In this document: positions 1 through 12,519 of the stretch, in pieces | Layout: the number at the start of each line of letters is the position of its first letter | Position numbering within the stretch: the stretch's first letter is position 1 | Source of the DNA: Eledone cirrhosa | Taxonomy: Eukaryota | Reading direction: 5' to 3' | Assembly: GCA_964016885.1 (NCBI GenBank) | Contig: OZ024740.1 | Span: 279,496,001 to 279,560,000 of the forward strand | Length of the DNA: 64,000 nt | The notes under the pieces: model-generated | Databases searched by the model: none | Told to the model about the DNA's origin: nothing | The model's input: the letters and a program-made list of their open reading frames with translations, nothing else | Program-made: the position numbers and the translations under genes

Positions 1-346
1 ATCCATTTTTTATTTGGGTGATCCATTTTTTATTTGGGGGATCCATTTTTTATTTGGGGGATCCATTTTTTATTTGGGGGATCCATTTTTTACTTGGGTG
101 ATCCATTTTTTATTTGGGGGAACCAGTTTTAATTTGGGTGATCCATTTTTTATTTGGGGGATCCATTTTTTATTTGGGTGATCCATTTTTTATTTTGAGG
201 ATCCAGTTTATATTTGGGGGATCCATTTTTTATTTGGGGGATCCATTTTTTATTTGGGTGTTTCATTTTTTATTTGGGTGATCCATTTTTTATTTGGGGG
301 ATCCATTTTTTATTTGGATGATCCATTTTTTATTTGGGAGATCCAT

Positions 347-557
347 CAAATAAAAAATGGATCCCCCAAATAAAAAATGGATCCCTCAAATAAAAAATGG
401 ATCACCCAAATAAAAAATGGATCACCCAAATAAAAAATGTATCCCCAAATAAAAAATGGATCCCCCAAATATAAAATGGATCCCACAAATAAAAAATGGA
501 TCACCCAAATAAAAAATGGATCCCCCAAATAAAAAATAGATCACCCAAATAAAAAAG
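347..557 (-). repeat. Short inverted satellite tract, type A (~211 bp, ~10.5 monomers); first of 19 copies
   Basis: Reverse-complement monomers (CCAAATAAAAAATGGATC) lie between junctions GGGAGATCCATCAAAT and AAAAAAGGGATCCATT. Markers: CCCTC, TGTATCCCC, AAATATAAAA, CCCAC, TAGATC. Copies start near 347, 1942, 5029, 8316, 10304, 14466, 16672, 19959, 23026, 25874, 29061, 34440, 39814, 42537, 45624, 48891, 54265, 57352, 60639. Confidence 0.95.
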
Positions 558-1224
558 GGATCCATTTTTTATTTGGGTGATCCATTTTTTTATTTGGGTG
601 ATTCATTTTTTATTTGGGGGATCCATTTTTTATTTGGGTGATCCATTTTTTATTTGGGTGATCCATTTTTTATTTGGGGGATCCATTTTTTATTTGGGTG
701 ATCCATTTTTTATTTGGGGGATCCATTTTGTATTTGGGTGATCCATTTTTTATTTGAGCGATCCATTCTTTATTTGAGGGTTCCATTTTTTATTTGGGTG
801 ATCCATTTTTTATTTTGGTGATCCATTTTTTATTTGGGGGATCCATTTTTTATTTGGGCGATCCATTTTTTATTTGGGTGATCCATTTTTTATTTGGGGG
901 ATCCATTTTTTATTTGGGTGATCCATTTTTTATTTGGGTGATCCATTTTTTATTTGGGGGCCCATTTTTTATTTGGGTGATCCATTTTTTTATTGGGCGA
1001 TCCATTTTTTATTTGGCTGATCCATTTTTTATTTGGGTGATCCATTTTTTATTTGGGGGATCCATTTTTTATTTGGGTGATCCATTTTTTATTTGGGTGA
1101 GCCATTTTTTATTTGGGGGATCCATTTTTTATTTGGGTGATCCATTTTTTATTTGGGTGATCCATTTTTTATTTGGGAATCCATTTTTTATTTGGGTGAT
1201 CCATTTTTTATTTGGGAGATCCAT

Positions 1225-1415
1225 CAAATAAAAAATGGATCCCCCAAATAAAAATCGGATCACCATATAAAAAATGGATCACCCAAATAAAAAATGGATC
1301 CCCCAAATAAAAAATGGATCACCCAAATAAAAACTGGATCCCCCAAATAAAAAATGGATCACCCAAATAGATAATGTATCCCCCAAATAAAAAATGGATC
1401 CGCCAAATAAAAAAG
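1225..1415 (-). repeat. Short inverted satellite tract, type B (~191 bp, ~9.5 monomers); first of 22 copies
   Basis: Same two junctions as type A. Markers: AAAATCGGATCACCATAT, AAACTGG, AAATAGATAATGTA, GGATCCGCC. Copies start near 1225, 2820, 5907, 6246, 11182, 11521, 17550, 17889, 23904, 26752, 27091, 29939, 30278, 35318, 43415, 46502, 46841, 49769, 55143, 58230, 58569, 61517. Confidence 0.95.
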
Positions 1416-1941
1416 GGATCCATTTTTTATTTGGGTGATCCATTTTTTATTTGGGGGATCCATTTTTTATTTGGGTGATCTATTTTTTATTTGGGTGATT
1501 CATTTTTTATTTGGGTGATCCATTTTTTATTTGGGTGATCCATTTTTTATTTGGAGGATCCATTTTTTATTTGGGTGATCCATTTTTTATTTGGGTGATC
1601 CATTTTTTATTTGTGGGATCCATTTTTTATTTGGGTGATCCATTTTTTATTTGAATGATCCATTTTTTATTTGGATGATCCATTTTTTTGGGGGAGATCC
1701 ATTTTTTATTTGGGTGATCCATTTTTTATTTGGGGGATCCATTTTTTATTTGGGTGATCCATTTTTTATTTGGGTGATCCATTTTTTATTTGGGGGATCC
1801 ATTTTTTATTTGGGTGATCCATTTTTTATTTGGGGGATCCATTTTTTATTTGGAGGATCATTTTTTATTTGGGTGATCCATTTTTTATTTGGGGGATCCA
1901 TTTTTTATTTGGATGATCCATTTTTTATTTGGGAGATCCAT

Positions 1942-4900
1942 CAAATAAAAAATGGATCCCCCAAATAAAAAATGGATCCCTCAAATAAAAAATGGATCAC
2001 CCAAATAAAAAATGGATCACCCAAATAAAAAATGTATCCCCAAATAAAAAATGGATCCCCCAAATATAAAATGGATCCCACAAATAAAAAATGGATCACC
2101 CAAATAAAAAATGGATCCCCCAAATAAAAAATAGATCACCCAAATAAAAAAGGGATCCATTTTTTATTTGGGTGATCCATTTTTTTATTTGGGTGATTCA
2201 TTTTTTATTTGGGGGATCCATTTTTTATTTGGGTGATCCATTTTTTATTTGGGTGATCCATTTTTTATTTGGGGGATCCATTTTTTATTTGGGTGATCCA
2301 TTTTTTATTTGGGGGATCCATTTTGTATTTGGGTGATCCATTTTTTATTTGAGCGATCCATTCTTTATTTGAGGGTTCCATTTTTTATTTGGGTGATCCA
2401 TTTTTTATTTTGGTGATCCATTTTTTATTTGGGGGATCCATTTTTTATTTGGGCGATCCATTTTTTATTTGGGTGATCCATTTTTTATTTGGGGGATCCA
2501 TTTTTTATTTGGGTGATCCATTTTTTATTTGGGTGATCCATTTTTTATTTGGGGGCCCATTTTTTATTTGGGTGATCCATTTTTTTATTGGGCGATCCAT
2601 TTTTTATTTGGCTGATCCATTTTTTATTTGGGTGATCCATTTTTTATTTGGGGGATCCATTTTTTATTTGGGTGATCCATTTTTTATTTGGGTGAGCCAT
2701 TTTTTATTTGGGGGATCCATTTTTTATTTGGGTGATCCATTTTTTATTTGGGTGATCCATTTTTTATTTGGGAATCCATTTTTTATTTGGGTGATCCATT
2801 TTTTATTTGGGAGATCCATCAAATAAAAAATGGATCCCCCAAATAAAAATCGGATCACCATATAAAAAATGGATCACCCAAATAAAAAATGGATCCCCCA
2901 AATAAAAAATGGATCACCCAAATAAAAACTGGATCCCCCAAATAAAAAATGGATCACCCAAATAGATAATGTATCCCCCAAATAAAAAATGGATCCGCCA
3001 AATAAAAAAGGGATCCATTTTTTATTTGGGTGATCCATTTTTTATTTGGGGGATCCATTTTTTATTTGGGTGATCTATTTTTTATTTGGGTGATTCATTT
3101 TTTATTTGGGTGATCCATTTTTTATTTGGGTGATCCATTTTTTATTTGGAGGATCCATTTTTTATTTGGGTGATCCATTTTTTATTTGGGTGATCCATTT
3201 TTTATTTGTGGGATCCATTTTTTATTTGGGTGATCCATTTTTTATTTGAATGATCCATTTTTTATTTGGATGATCCATTTTTTTGGGGGAGATCCATTTT
3301 TTATTTGGGTGATCCATTTTTTATTTGGGGGATCCATTTTTTATTTGGGTGATCCATTTTTTATTTGGGTGATCCATTTTTTATTTGGGGGATCCATTTT
3401 TTATTTGGGTGATCCATTTTTTATTTGGGGGATCCATTTTTTATTTGGAGGATCATTTTTTATTTGGGTGATCCATTTTTTATTTGGGGGGATCTATTTT
3501 TTATTTGGGTGATCCATTTTTTATTTGGGTGATCCATTTTTTATTTGGGTGATCCATTTTTTATTTGGTGGATCCATTTTTTATTTGGGAGATCCATTTT
3601 TATTTGGGGGTCCATTTTTTGGGGGGTGATCCATTTTCCATTTGGGTGATCCATTTTGTATTTGGGTGATCCATTTTTTATTTGGGTGATCCATTTTTTA
3701 TTGGGGGGATCCATTTTTTATTTGGGTGATCCATTTTTTATTTGAGTGATCCATTCTTTATTTGAGGGATCCATTTTTTATTTGGGTGATTCATTTTTCA
3801 TTTGGGTGATCCATTTTTTATTTGGGGGATCCATTTTTTATTTGGGCGATCCATTTTTTATTTGGCTGATCCAGTTTTTATTTGGGTGATCCATTTTTTA
3901 TTTGGGTGATACATTTTTTATTTGGGGGATCCATTTTTTATTTGGGGGATCCATTTTTTATTTGGGTGATCCATTTTTTATTTGGGTGATCCATTTTTTA
4001 TGTTTTGGATCCATTTTTTATTTGGGGGATCCATTTTTTATTTGGGTGATCCATTTTTTATTTGGGTGATCCATTTTTTATTTGGAGGATCCATTTTTTA
4101 TTTGGGTGATCGAATTTTTATTTGGAGGATGCATTTTTTATTTGGGTGATCCATTTTTTATTTGGGTGATCAATTTTTTATTTGGGGGATCCATTTTTTA
4201 TTTGGGTGATCCATTTTTTATTTGGGTGTCCATTTTTTATTTGGGTGATCCATTTTTTATTTGGGGGATCCATTTTTTATTTGGGGGATCCATTTTTTAT
4301 TTGGGTGATCCATTTTTTATTTGGGGGATCCATTTTTATTTGGGTGATCCATTTTTTATTTGGGTGATCCATTTTTTATTTGGGGGATCCATTTTTTATT
4401 TGGGTGTTCCATTTGTTATTTGGGTGATCCATTTTTTATTTGGGGCTCCATTTTTTATTTGGGTGATCCATTTTTTATTTGGGGGATCCATTTTTTATTT
4501 GGGGGATCCATTTTTTATTTGGGTGATCCATTTTTTATTTGGGGATCCATTTTTTATTTGGGCGATCCATTTTTTATTTGGGTGATCCATTTTTTATTTG
4601 GGTGATCCATTTTTTATTTGGGTGATCCATTTTTTATTTGGAGGAGACATTTTTTATTTAGGGATCCATTTTTTATTTGGGGATCCATTTTTTATTTGGG
4701 TGATCCATTTTTTATTTGGGGGATCCATTTTTTATTTGGGGGATCCATTTTTTATTTGGGGGATCCATTTTTTACTTGGGTGATCCATTTTTTATTTGGG
4801 GGAACCAGTTTTAATTTGGGTGATCCATTTTTTATTTGGGGGATCCATTTTTTATTTGGGTGATCCATTTTTTATTTTGAGGATCCAGTTTATATTTGGG

Positions 4901-5028
4901 GGATCCATTTTTTATTTGGGGGATCCATTTTTTATTTGGGTGTTTCATTTTTTATTTGGGTGATCCATTTTTTATTTGGGGGATCCATTTTTTATTTGGA
5001 TGATCCATTTTTTATTTGGGAGATCCAT
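1942..5028. repeat. Representative basic higher-order repeat unit (~3.1 kb, ~155 monomers): invA - forward - invB - long forward tract
   Basis: Spacing between successive type A inversions is 3087 (1941-5028, 42536-45623, 54264-57351), 3287, 3267, 3187 and 2848. Diagnostic monomers keep the same order (GAGCG, GGGCC, GAATG, TTTCCA, ATGTTTT, GATCGAA, GGAGAC, GAACCAG). Confidence 0.88.
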
Positions 5029-5869
5029 CAAATAAAAAATGGATCCCCCAAATAAAAAATGGATCCCTCAAATAAAAAATGGATCACCCAAATAAAAAAT
5101 GGATCACCCAAATAAAAAATGTATCCCCAAATAAAAAATGGATCCCCCAAATATAAAATGGATCCCACAAATAAAAAATGGATCACCCAAATAAAAAATG
5201 GATCCCCCAAATAAAAAATAGATCACCCAAATAAAAAAGGGATCCATTTTTTATTTGGGTGATCCATTTTTTTATTTGGGTGATTCATTTTTTATTTGGG
5301 GGATCCATTTTTTATTTGGGTCATCCATTTTTTATTTGGGTGATCCATTTTTTATTTGGGGGATCCATTTTTTATTTGGGTGATCCATTTTTTATTTGGG
5401 GGATCCATTTTGTATTTGGGTGATCCATTTTTTATTTGAGCGATCCATTCTTTATTTGAGGGTTCCATTTTTTATTTGGGTGATCCATTTTTTATTTTGG
5501 TGATCCATTTTTTATTTGGGGGATCCATTTTTTATTTGGGCGATCCATTTTTTATTTGGGTGATCCATTTTTTATTTGGGGGATCCATTTTTTATTTGGG
5601 TGATCCATTTTTTATTTGGGTGATCCATTTTTTATTTGGGGGCCCATTTTTTATTTGGGTGATCCATTTTTTATTTGGGCGATCCATTTTTTATTTGGCT
5701 GATCCATTTTTTATTTGGGTGATCCATTTTTTATTTGGGGGATCCATTTTTTATTTGGGTGATCCATTTTATATTTGGGTGAGCCATTTTTTATTTGGGG
5801 GATCCATTTTTTATTTGGGTGATCCATTTTTTATTTGGGTGATCCATTTTTTATTTGGGAATCCATTTT

Positions 5870-6560
5870 TTATTTGGGTGATCCATTTTTTATTTGGGAG
5901 ATCCATCAAATAAAAAATGGATCCCCCAAATAAAAATCGGATCACCATATAAAAAATGGATCACCCAAATAAAAAATGGATCCCCCAAATAAAAAATGGA
6001 TCACCCAAATAAAAACTGGATCCCCCAAATAAAAAATGGATCACCCAAATAGATAATGTATCCCCCAAATAAAAAATGGATCCGCCAAATAAAAAAGGGA
6101 TCCATTTTTTATTTGGGTGATCCATTTTTTATTTGGGGGATCCATTTTTTATTTGGGTGATCTATTTTTTATTTGGGTGATTCATTTTTTATTTGGGTGA
6201 TCCATTTTTTATTTGGGTGATCCATTTTTTATTTGGGAGATCCATCAAATAAAAAATGGATCCCCCAAATAAAAATCGGATCACCATATAAAAAATGGAT
6301 CACCCAAATAAAAAATGGATCCCCCAAATAAAAAATGGATCACCCAAATAAAAACTGGATCCCCCAAATAAAAAATGGATCACCCAAATAGATAATGTAT
6401 CCCCCAAATAAAAAATGGATCCGCCAAATAAAAAAGGGATCCATTTTTTATTTGGGTGATCCATTTTTTATTTGGGGGATCCATTTTTTATTTGGGTGAT
6501 CTATTTTTTATTTGGGTGATTCATTTTTTATTTGGGTGATCCATTTTTTATTTGGGTGAT
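5870..6560. repeat. 339-bp tandem duplication containing inversion B (17 monomers less 1 bp); seen in 7 HOR copies
   Basis: invB pairs at 5907/6246, 11182/11521, 17550/17889, 26752/27091, 29939/30278, 46502/46841 and 58230/58569 all have offset 339. Confidence 0.92.
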
Positions 6561-9500
6561 CCATTTTTTATTTGGAGGATCCATTTTTTATTTGGGTGAT
6601 CCATTTTTTATTTGGGTGATCCATTTTTTATTTGTGGGATCCATTTTTTATTTGGGTGATCCATTTTTTATTTGAATGATCCATTTTTTATTTGGATGAT
6701 CCATTTTTTGGGGGGAGATCCATTTTTTATTTGGGTGATCCATTTTTTATTTGGGGGATCCATTTTTTATTTGGGTGATCCATTTTTTATTTGGGTGATC
6801 CATTTTTTATTTGGGGGATCCATTTTTTATTTGGGTGATCCATTTTTTATTTGGGGGATCCATTTTTTATTTGGAGGATCATTTTTTATTTGGGTGATCC
6901 ATTTTTTATTTGGGGGGATCTATTTTTTATTTGGGTGATCCATTTTTTATTTGGGTGATCCATTTTTTATTTGGGTGATCCATTTTTTATTTGGTGGATC
7001 CATTTTTTATTTGGGAGATCCATTTTTATTTGGGGGTCCATTTTTTTGGGGGTGATCCATTTTCCATTTGGGTGATCCATTTTGTATTTGGGTGATCCAT
7101 TTTTTATTTGGGTGATCCATTTTTTATTGGGGGGATCCATTTTTTATTTGGGTGATCCATTTTTTATTTGAGTGATCCATTCTTTATTTGAGGGATCCAT
7201 TTTTTATTTGGGTGATTCATTTTTCATTTGGGTGATCCATTTTTTATTTGGGGGATCCATTTTTTATTTGGGCGATCCATTTTTTATTTGGCTGATCCAG
7301 TTTTTATTTGGGTGATCCATTTTTTATTTGGGTGATACATTTTTTATTTGGGGGATCCATTTTTTATTTGGGGGATCCATTTTTTATTTGGGTGATCCAT
7401 TTTTTATTTGGGTGATCCATTTTTTATGTTTTGGATCCATTTTTTATTTGGGGGATCCATTTTTTATTTGGGTGATCCATTTTTTATTTGGGTGATCCAT
7501 TTTTTATTTGGAGGATCCATTTTTTATTTGGGTGATCGAATTTTTATTTGGAGGATGCATTTTTTATTTGGGTGATCCATTTTTTATTTGGGTGATCAAT
7601 TTTTTATTTGGGGGATCCATTTTTTATTTGGGTGATCCATTTTTTATTTGGGTGTCCATTTTTTATTTGGGTGATCCATTTTTTATTTGGGGGATCCATT
7701 TTTTATTTGGGGGATCCATTTTTTATTTGGGTGATCCATTTTTTATTTGGGGGATCCATTTTTATTTGGGTGATCCATTTTTTATTTGGGTGATCCATTT
7801 TTTATTTGGGGGATCCATTTTTTATTTGGGTGTTCCATTTGTTATTTGGGTGATCCATTTTTTATTTGGGGGTCCATTTTTTATTTGGGTGATCCATTTT
7901 TTATTTGGGGGATCCATTTTTTATTTGGAGGAGACATTTTTTATTTAGGGATCCATTTTTTATTTGGGGATCCATTTTTTATTTGGGTGATCCATTTTTT
8001 ATTTGGGGGATCCATTTTTTATTTGGGGGATCCATTTTTTATTTGGGGGATCCATTTTTTACTTGGGTGATCCATTTTTTATTTGGGGGAACCAGTTTTA
8101 ATTTGGGTGATCCATTTTTTATTTGGGGGATCCATTTTTTATTTGGGTGATCCATTTTTTATTTTGAGGATCCAGTTTATATTTGGGGGATCCATTTTTT
8201 ATTTGGGGGATCCATTTTTTATTTGGGTGTTTCATTTTTTATTTGGGTGATCCATTTTTTATTTGGGGGATCCATTTTTTATTTGGATGATCCATTTTTT
8301 ATTTGGGAGATCCATCAAATAAAAAATGGATCCCCCAAATAAAAAATGGATCCCTCAAATAAAAAATGGATCACCCAAATAAAAAATGGATCACCCAAAT
8401 AAAAAATGTATCCCCAAATAAAAAATGGATCCCCCAAATATAAAATGGATCCCACAAATAAAAAATGGATCACCCAAATAAAAAATGGATCCCCCAAATA
8501 AAAAATAGATCACCCAAATAAAAAAGGGATCCATTTTTTATTTGGGTGATCCATTTTTTTATTTGGGTGATTCATTTTTTATTTGGGGGATCCATTTTTT
8601 ATTTGGGTGATCCATTTTTTATTTGGGTGATCCATTTTTTATTTGGAGGATCCATTTTTTATTTGGGTGATCGAATTTTTATTTGGAGGATGCATTTTTT
8701 ATTTGGGTGATCCATTTTTTATTTGGGTGATCAATTTTTTATTTGGGGGATCCATTTTTTATTTGGGTGATCCATTTTTTATTTGGGTGTCCATTTTTTA
8801 TTTGGGTGATCCATTTTTTATTTGGGGGATCCATTTTTTATTTGGGGGATCCATTTTTTATTTGGGTGATCCATTTTTTATTTGGGGGATCCATTTTTAT
8901 TTGGGTGATCCTTTTTTTATTTGGGTGATCCATTTTTTATTTGGGGGATCCATTTTTTATTTGGGTGTTCCATTTGTTATTTGGGTGATCCATTTTTTAT
9001 TTGGGGGTCCATTTTTTATTTGGGTGATCCATTTTTTATTTGGGGGATCCATTTTTTATTTGGGGGATCCATTTTTTATTTGGGTGATCCATTTTTTATT
9101 TGGGGATCCATTTTTTATTTGGGCGATCCATTTTTTATTTGGGTGATCCATTTTTTATTTGGGTGATCCATTTTTTATTTGGGTGATCCATTTTTTATTT
9201 GGAGGAGACATTTTTTATTTGGGGATCCATTTTTTATTTGGGGATCCATTTTTTATTTGGGTGATCCATTTTTTATTTGGGGGATCCATTTTTTATTTGG
9301 GGGATCCATTTTTTATTTGGGGGATCCATTTTTTACTTGGGTGATCCATTTTTTATTTGGGGGAACCAGTTTTAATTTGGGTGATCCATTTTTTATTTGG
9401 GGGATCCATTTTTTATTTGGGTGATCCATTTTTTATTTGGGTGATCCATTTTTTATTTGGAGGAGACATTTTTTATTTAGGGATCCATTTTTTATTTGGG

Positions 9501-12500
9501 GATCCATTTTTTATTTGGGGGATCCATTTTTTATTTGGGTGATCCATTTTTTATTTGGGTGATCCATTTTTTATTTGGAGGATCCATTTTTTATTTGGGT
9601 GATCGAATTTTTATTTGGAGGATGCATTTTTTATTTGGGTGATCCATTTTTTATTTGGGTGATCAATTTTTTATTTGGGGGATCCATTTTTTATTTGGGT
9701 GATCCATTTTTTATTTGGGTGTCCATTTTTTATTTGGGTGATCCATTTTTTATTTGGGGGATCCATTTTTTATTTGGGGGATCCATTTTTTATTTGGGTG
9801 ATCCATTTTTTATTTGGGGATCCATTTTTTATTTGGGCGATCCATTTTTTATTTGGGTGATCCATTTTTTATTTGGGTGATCCATTTTTTATTTGGGTGA
9901 TCCATTTTTTATTTGGAGGAGTCATTTTTTATTTAGGGATCCATTTTTTATTTGGGGATCCATTTTTTATTTGGGTGATCCATTTTTTATTTGGGGGATC
10001 CATTTTTTATTTGGGGGATCCATTTTTTATTTGGGGGATCCATTTTTTACTTGGGTGATCCATTTTTTATTTGGGGGAACCAGTTTTAATTTGGGTGATC
10101 CATTTTTTATTTGGGGGATCCATTTTTTATTTGGGTGATCCATTTTTTATTTTGAGGATCCAGTTTATATTTGGGGGATCCATTTTTTATTTGGGGGATC
10201 CATTTTTTATTTGGGTGTTTCATTTTTTATTTGGGTGATCCATTTTTTATTTGGGGGATCCATTTTTTATTTGGATGATCCATTTTTTATTTGGGAGATC
10301 CATCAAATAAAAAATGGATCCCCCAAATAAAAAATGGATCCCTCAAATAAAAAATGGATCACCCAAATAAAAAATGGATCACCCAAATAAAAAATGTATC
10401 CCCAAATAAAAAATGGATCCCCCAAATATAAAATGGATCCCACAAATAAAAAATGGATCACCCAAATAAAAAATGGATCCCCCAAATAAAAAATAGATCA
10501 CCCAAATAAAAAAGGGATCCATTTTTTATTTGGGTGATCCATTTTTTTATTTGGGTGATTCATTTTTTATTTGGGGGATCCATTTTTTATTTGGGTCATC
10601 CATTTTTTATTTGGGTGATCCATTTTTTATTTGGGGGATCCATTTTTTATTTGGGTGATCCATTTTTTATTTGGGGGATCCATTTTGTATTTGGGTGATC
10701 CATTTTTTATTTGAGCGATCCATTCTTTATTTGAGGGTTCCATTTTTTATTTGGGTGATCCATTTTTTATTTTGGTGATCCATTTTTTATTTGGGGGATC
10801 CATTTTTTATTTGGGCGATCCATTTTTTATTTGGGTGATCCATTTTTTATTTGGGGGATCCATTTTTTATTTGGGTGATCCATTTTTTATTTGGGTGATC
10901 CATTTTTTATTTGGGGGCCCATTTTTTATTTGGGTGATCCATTTTTTATTTGGGCGATCCATTTTTTATTTGGCTGATCCATTTTTTATTTGGGTGATCC
11001 ATTTTTTATTTGGGGGATCCATTTTTTATTTGGGTGATCCATTTTTTATTTGGGTGAGCCATTTTTTATTTGGGGGATCCATTTTTTATTTGGGTGATCC
11101 ATTTTTTATTTGGGTGATCCATTTTTTATTTGGGAATCCATTTTTTATTTGGGTGATCCATTTTTTATTTGGGAGATCCATCAAATAAAAAATGGATCCC
11201 CCAAATAAAAATCGGATCACCATATAAAAAATGGATCACCCAAATAAAAAATGGATCCCCCAAATAAAAAATGGATCACCCAAATAAAAACTGGATCCCC
11301 CAAATAAAAAATGGATCACCCAAATAGATAATGTATCCCCCAAATAAAAAATGGATCCGCCAAATAAAAAAGGGATCCATTTTTTATTTGGGTGATCCAT
11401 TTTTTATTTGGGGGATCCATTTTTTATTTGGGTGATCTATTTTTTATTTGGGTGATTCATTTTTTATTTGGGTGATCCATTTTTTATTTGGGTGATCCAT
11501 TTTTTATTTGGGAGATCCATCAAATAAAAAATGGATCCCCCAAATAAAAATCGGATCACCATATAAAAAATGGATCACCCAAATAAAAAATGGATCCCCC
11601 AAATAAAAAATGGATCACCCAAATAAAAACTGGATCCCCCAAATAAAAAATGGATCACCCAAATAGATAATGTATCCCCCAAATAAAAAATGGATCCGCC
11701 AAATAAAAAAGGGATCCATTTTTTATTTGGGTGATCCATTTTTTATTTGGGGGATCCATTTTTTATTTGGGTGATCTATTTTTTATTTGGGTGATTCATT
11801 TTTTATTTGGGTGATCCATTTTTTATTTGGGTGATCCATTTTTTATTTGGAGGATCCATTTTTTATTTGGGTGATCCATTTTTTATTTGGGTGATCCATT
11901 TTTTATTTGTGGGATCCATTTTTTATTTGGGTGATCCATTTTTTATTTGAATGATCCATTTTTTATTTGGATGATCCATTTTTTGGGGGGAGATCCATTT
12001 TTTATTTGGGTGATCCATTTTTTATTTGGGGGATCCATTTTTTATTTGGGTGATCCATTTTTTATTTGGGTGATCCATTTTTTATTTGGGGGATCCATTT
12101 TTTATTTGGGTGATCCATTTTTTATTTGGGGGATCCATTTTTTATTTGGAGGATCATTTTTTATTTGGGTGATCCATTTTTTATTTGGGGGGATCTATTT
12201 TTTATTTGGGTGATCCATTTTTTATTTGGGTGATCCATTTTTTATTTGGGTGATCCATTTTTTATTTGGTGGATCCATTTTTTATTTGGGAGATCCATTT
12301 TTATTTGGGGGTCCATTTTTTTGGGGGTGATCCATTTTCCATTTGGGTGATCCATTTTGTATTTGGGTGATCCATTTTTTATTTGGGTGATCCATTTTTT
12401 ATTGGGGGGATCCATTTTTTATTTGGGTGATCCATTTTTTATTTGAGTGATCCATTCTTTATTTGAGGGATCCATTTTTTATTTGGGTGATTCATTTTTC

Positions 12501-12519
12501 ATTTGGGTGATCCATTTTT

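Larger units (their letters stand above)
265..3480. repeat. Tandem duplication, period 1,595 bp (2 copies)
   Basis: ORF-track offsets 346/1941, 794/2389 and 1651/3246 all equal 1595. Both copies share the private variant TTTTTTTATTGGGCG (~985 and ~2580). Confidence 0.9.

Noticed and set aside
347-557. Inverted tracts as MITEs or other transposons
   Set aside because: They consist only of satellite monomers, have no target-site duplications, and recur in identical flanking context, so they were copied with the HOR.
347-1415. Recombinase-driven invertible switch (shufflon or phase variation)
   Set aside because: There is no recombinase in the window, and A/B interiors were not seen in the alternative orientation between the same junctions.
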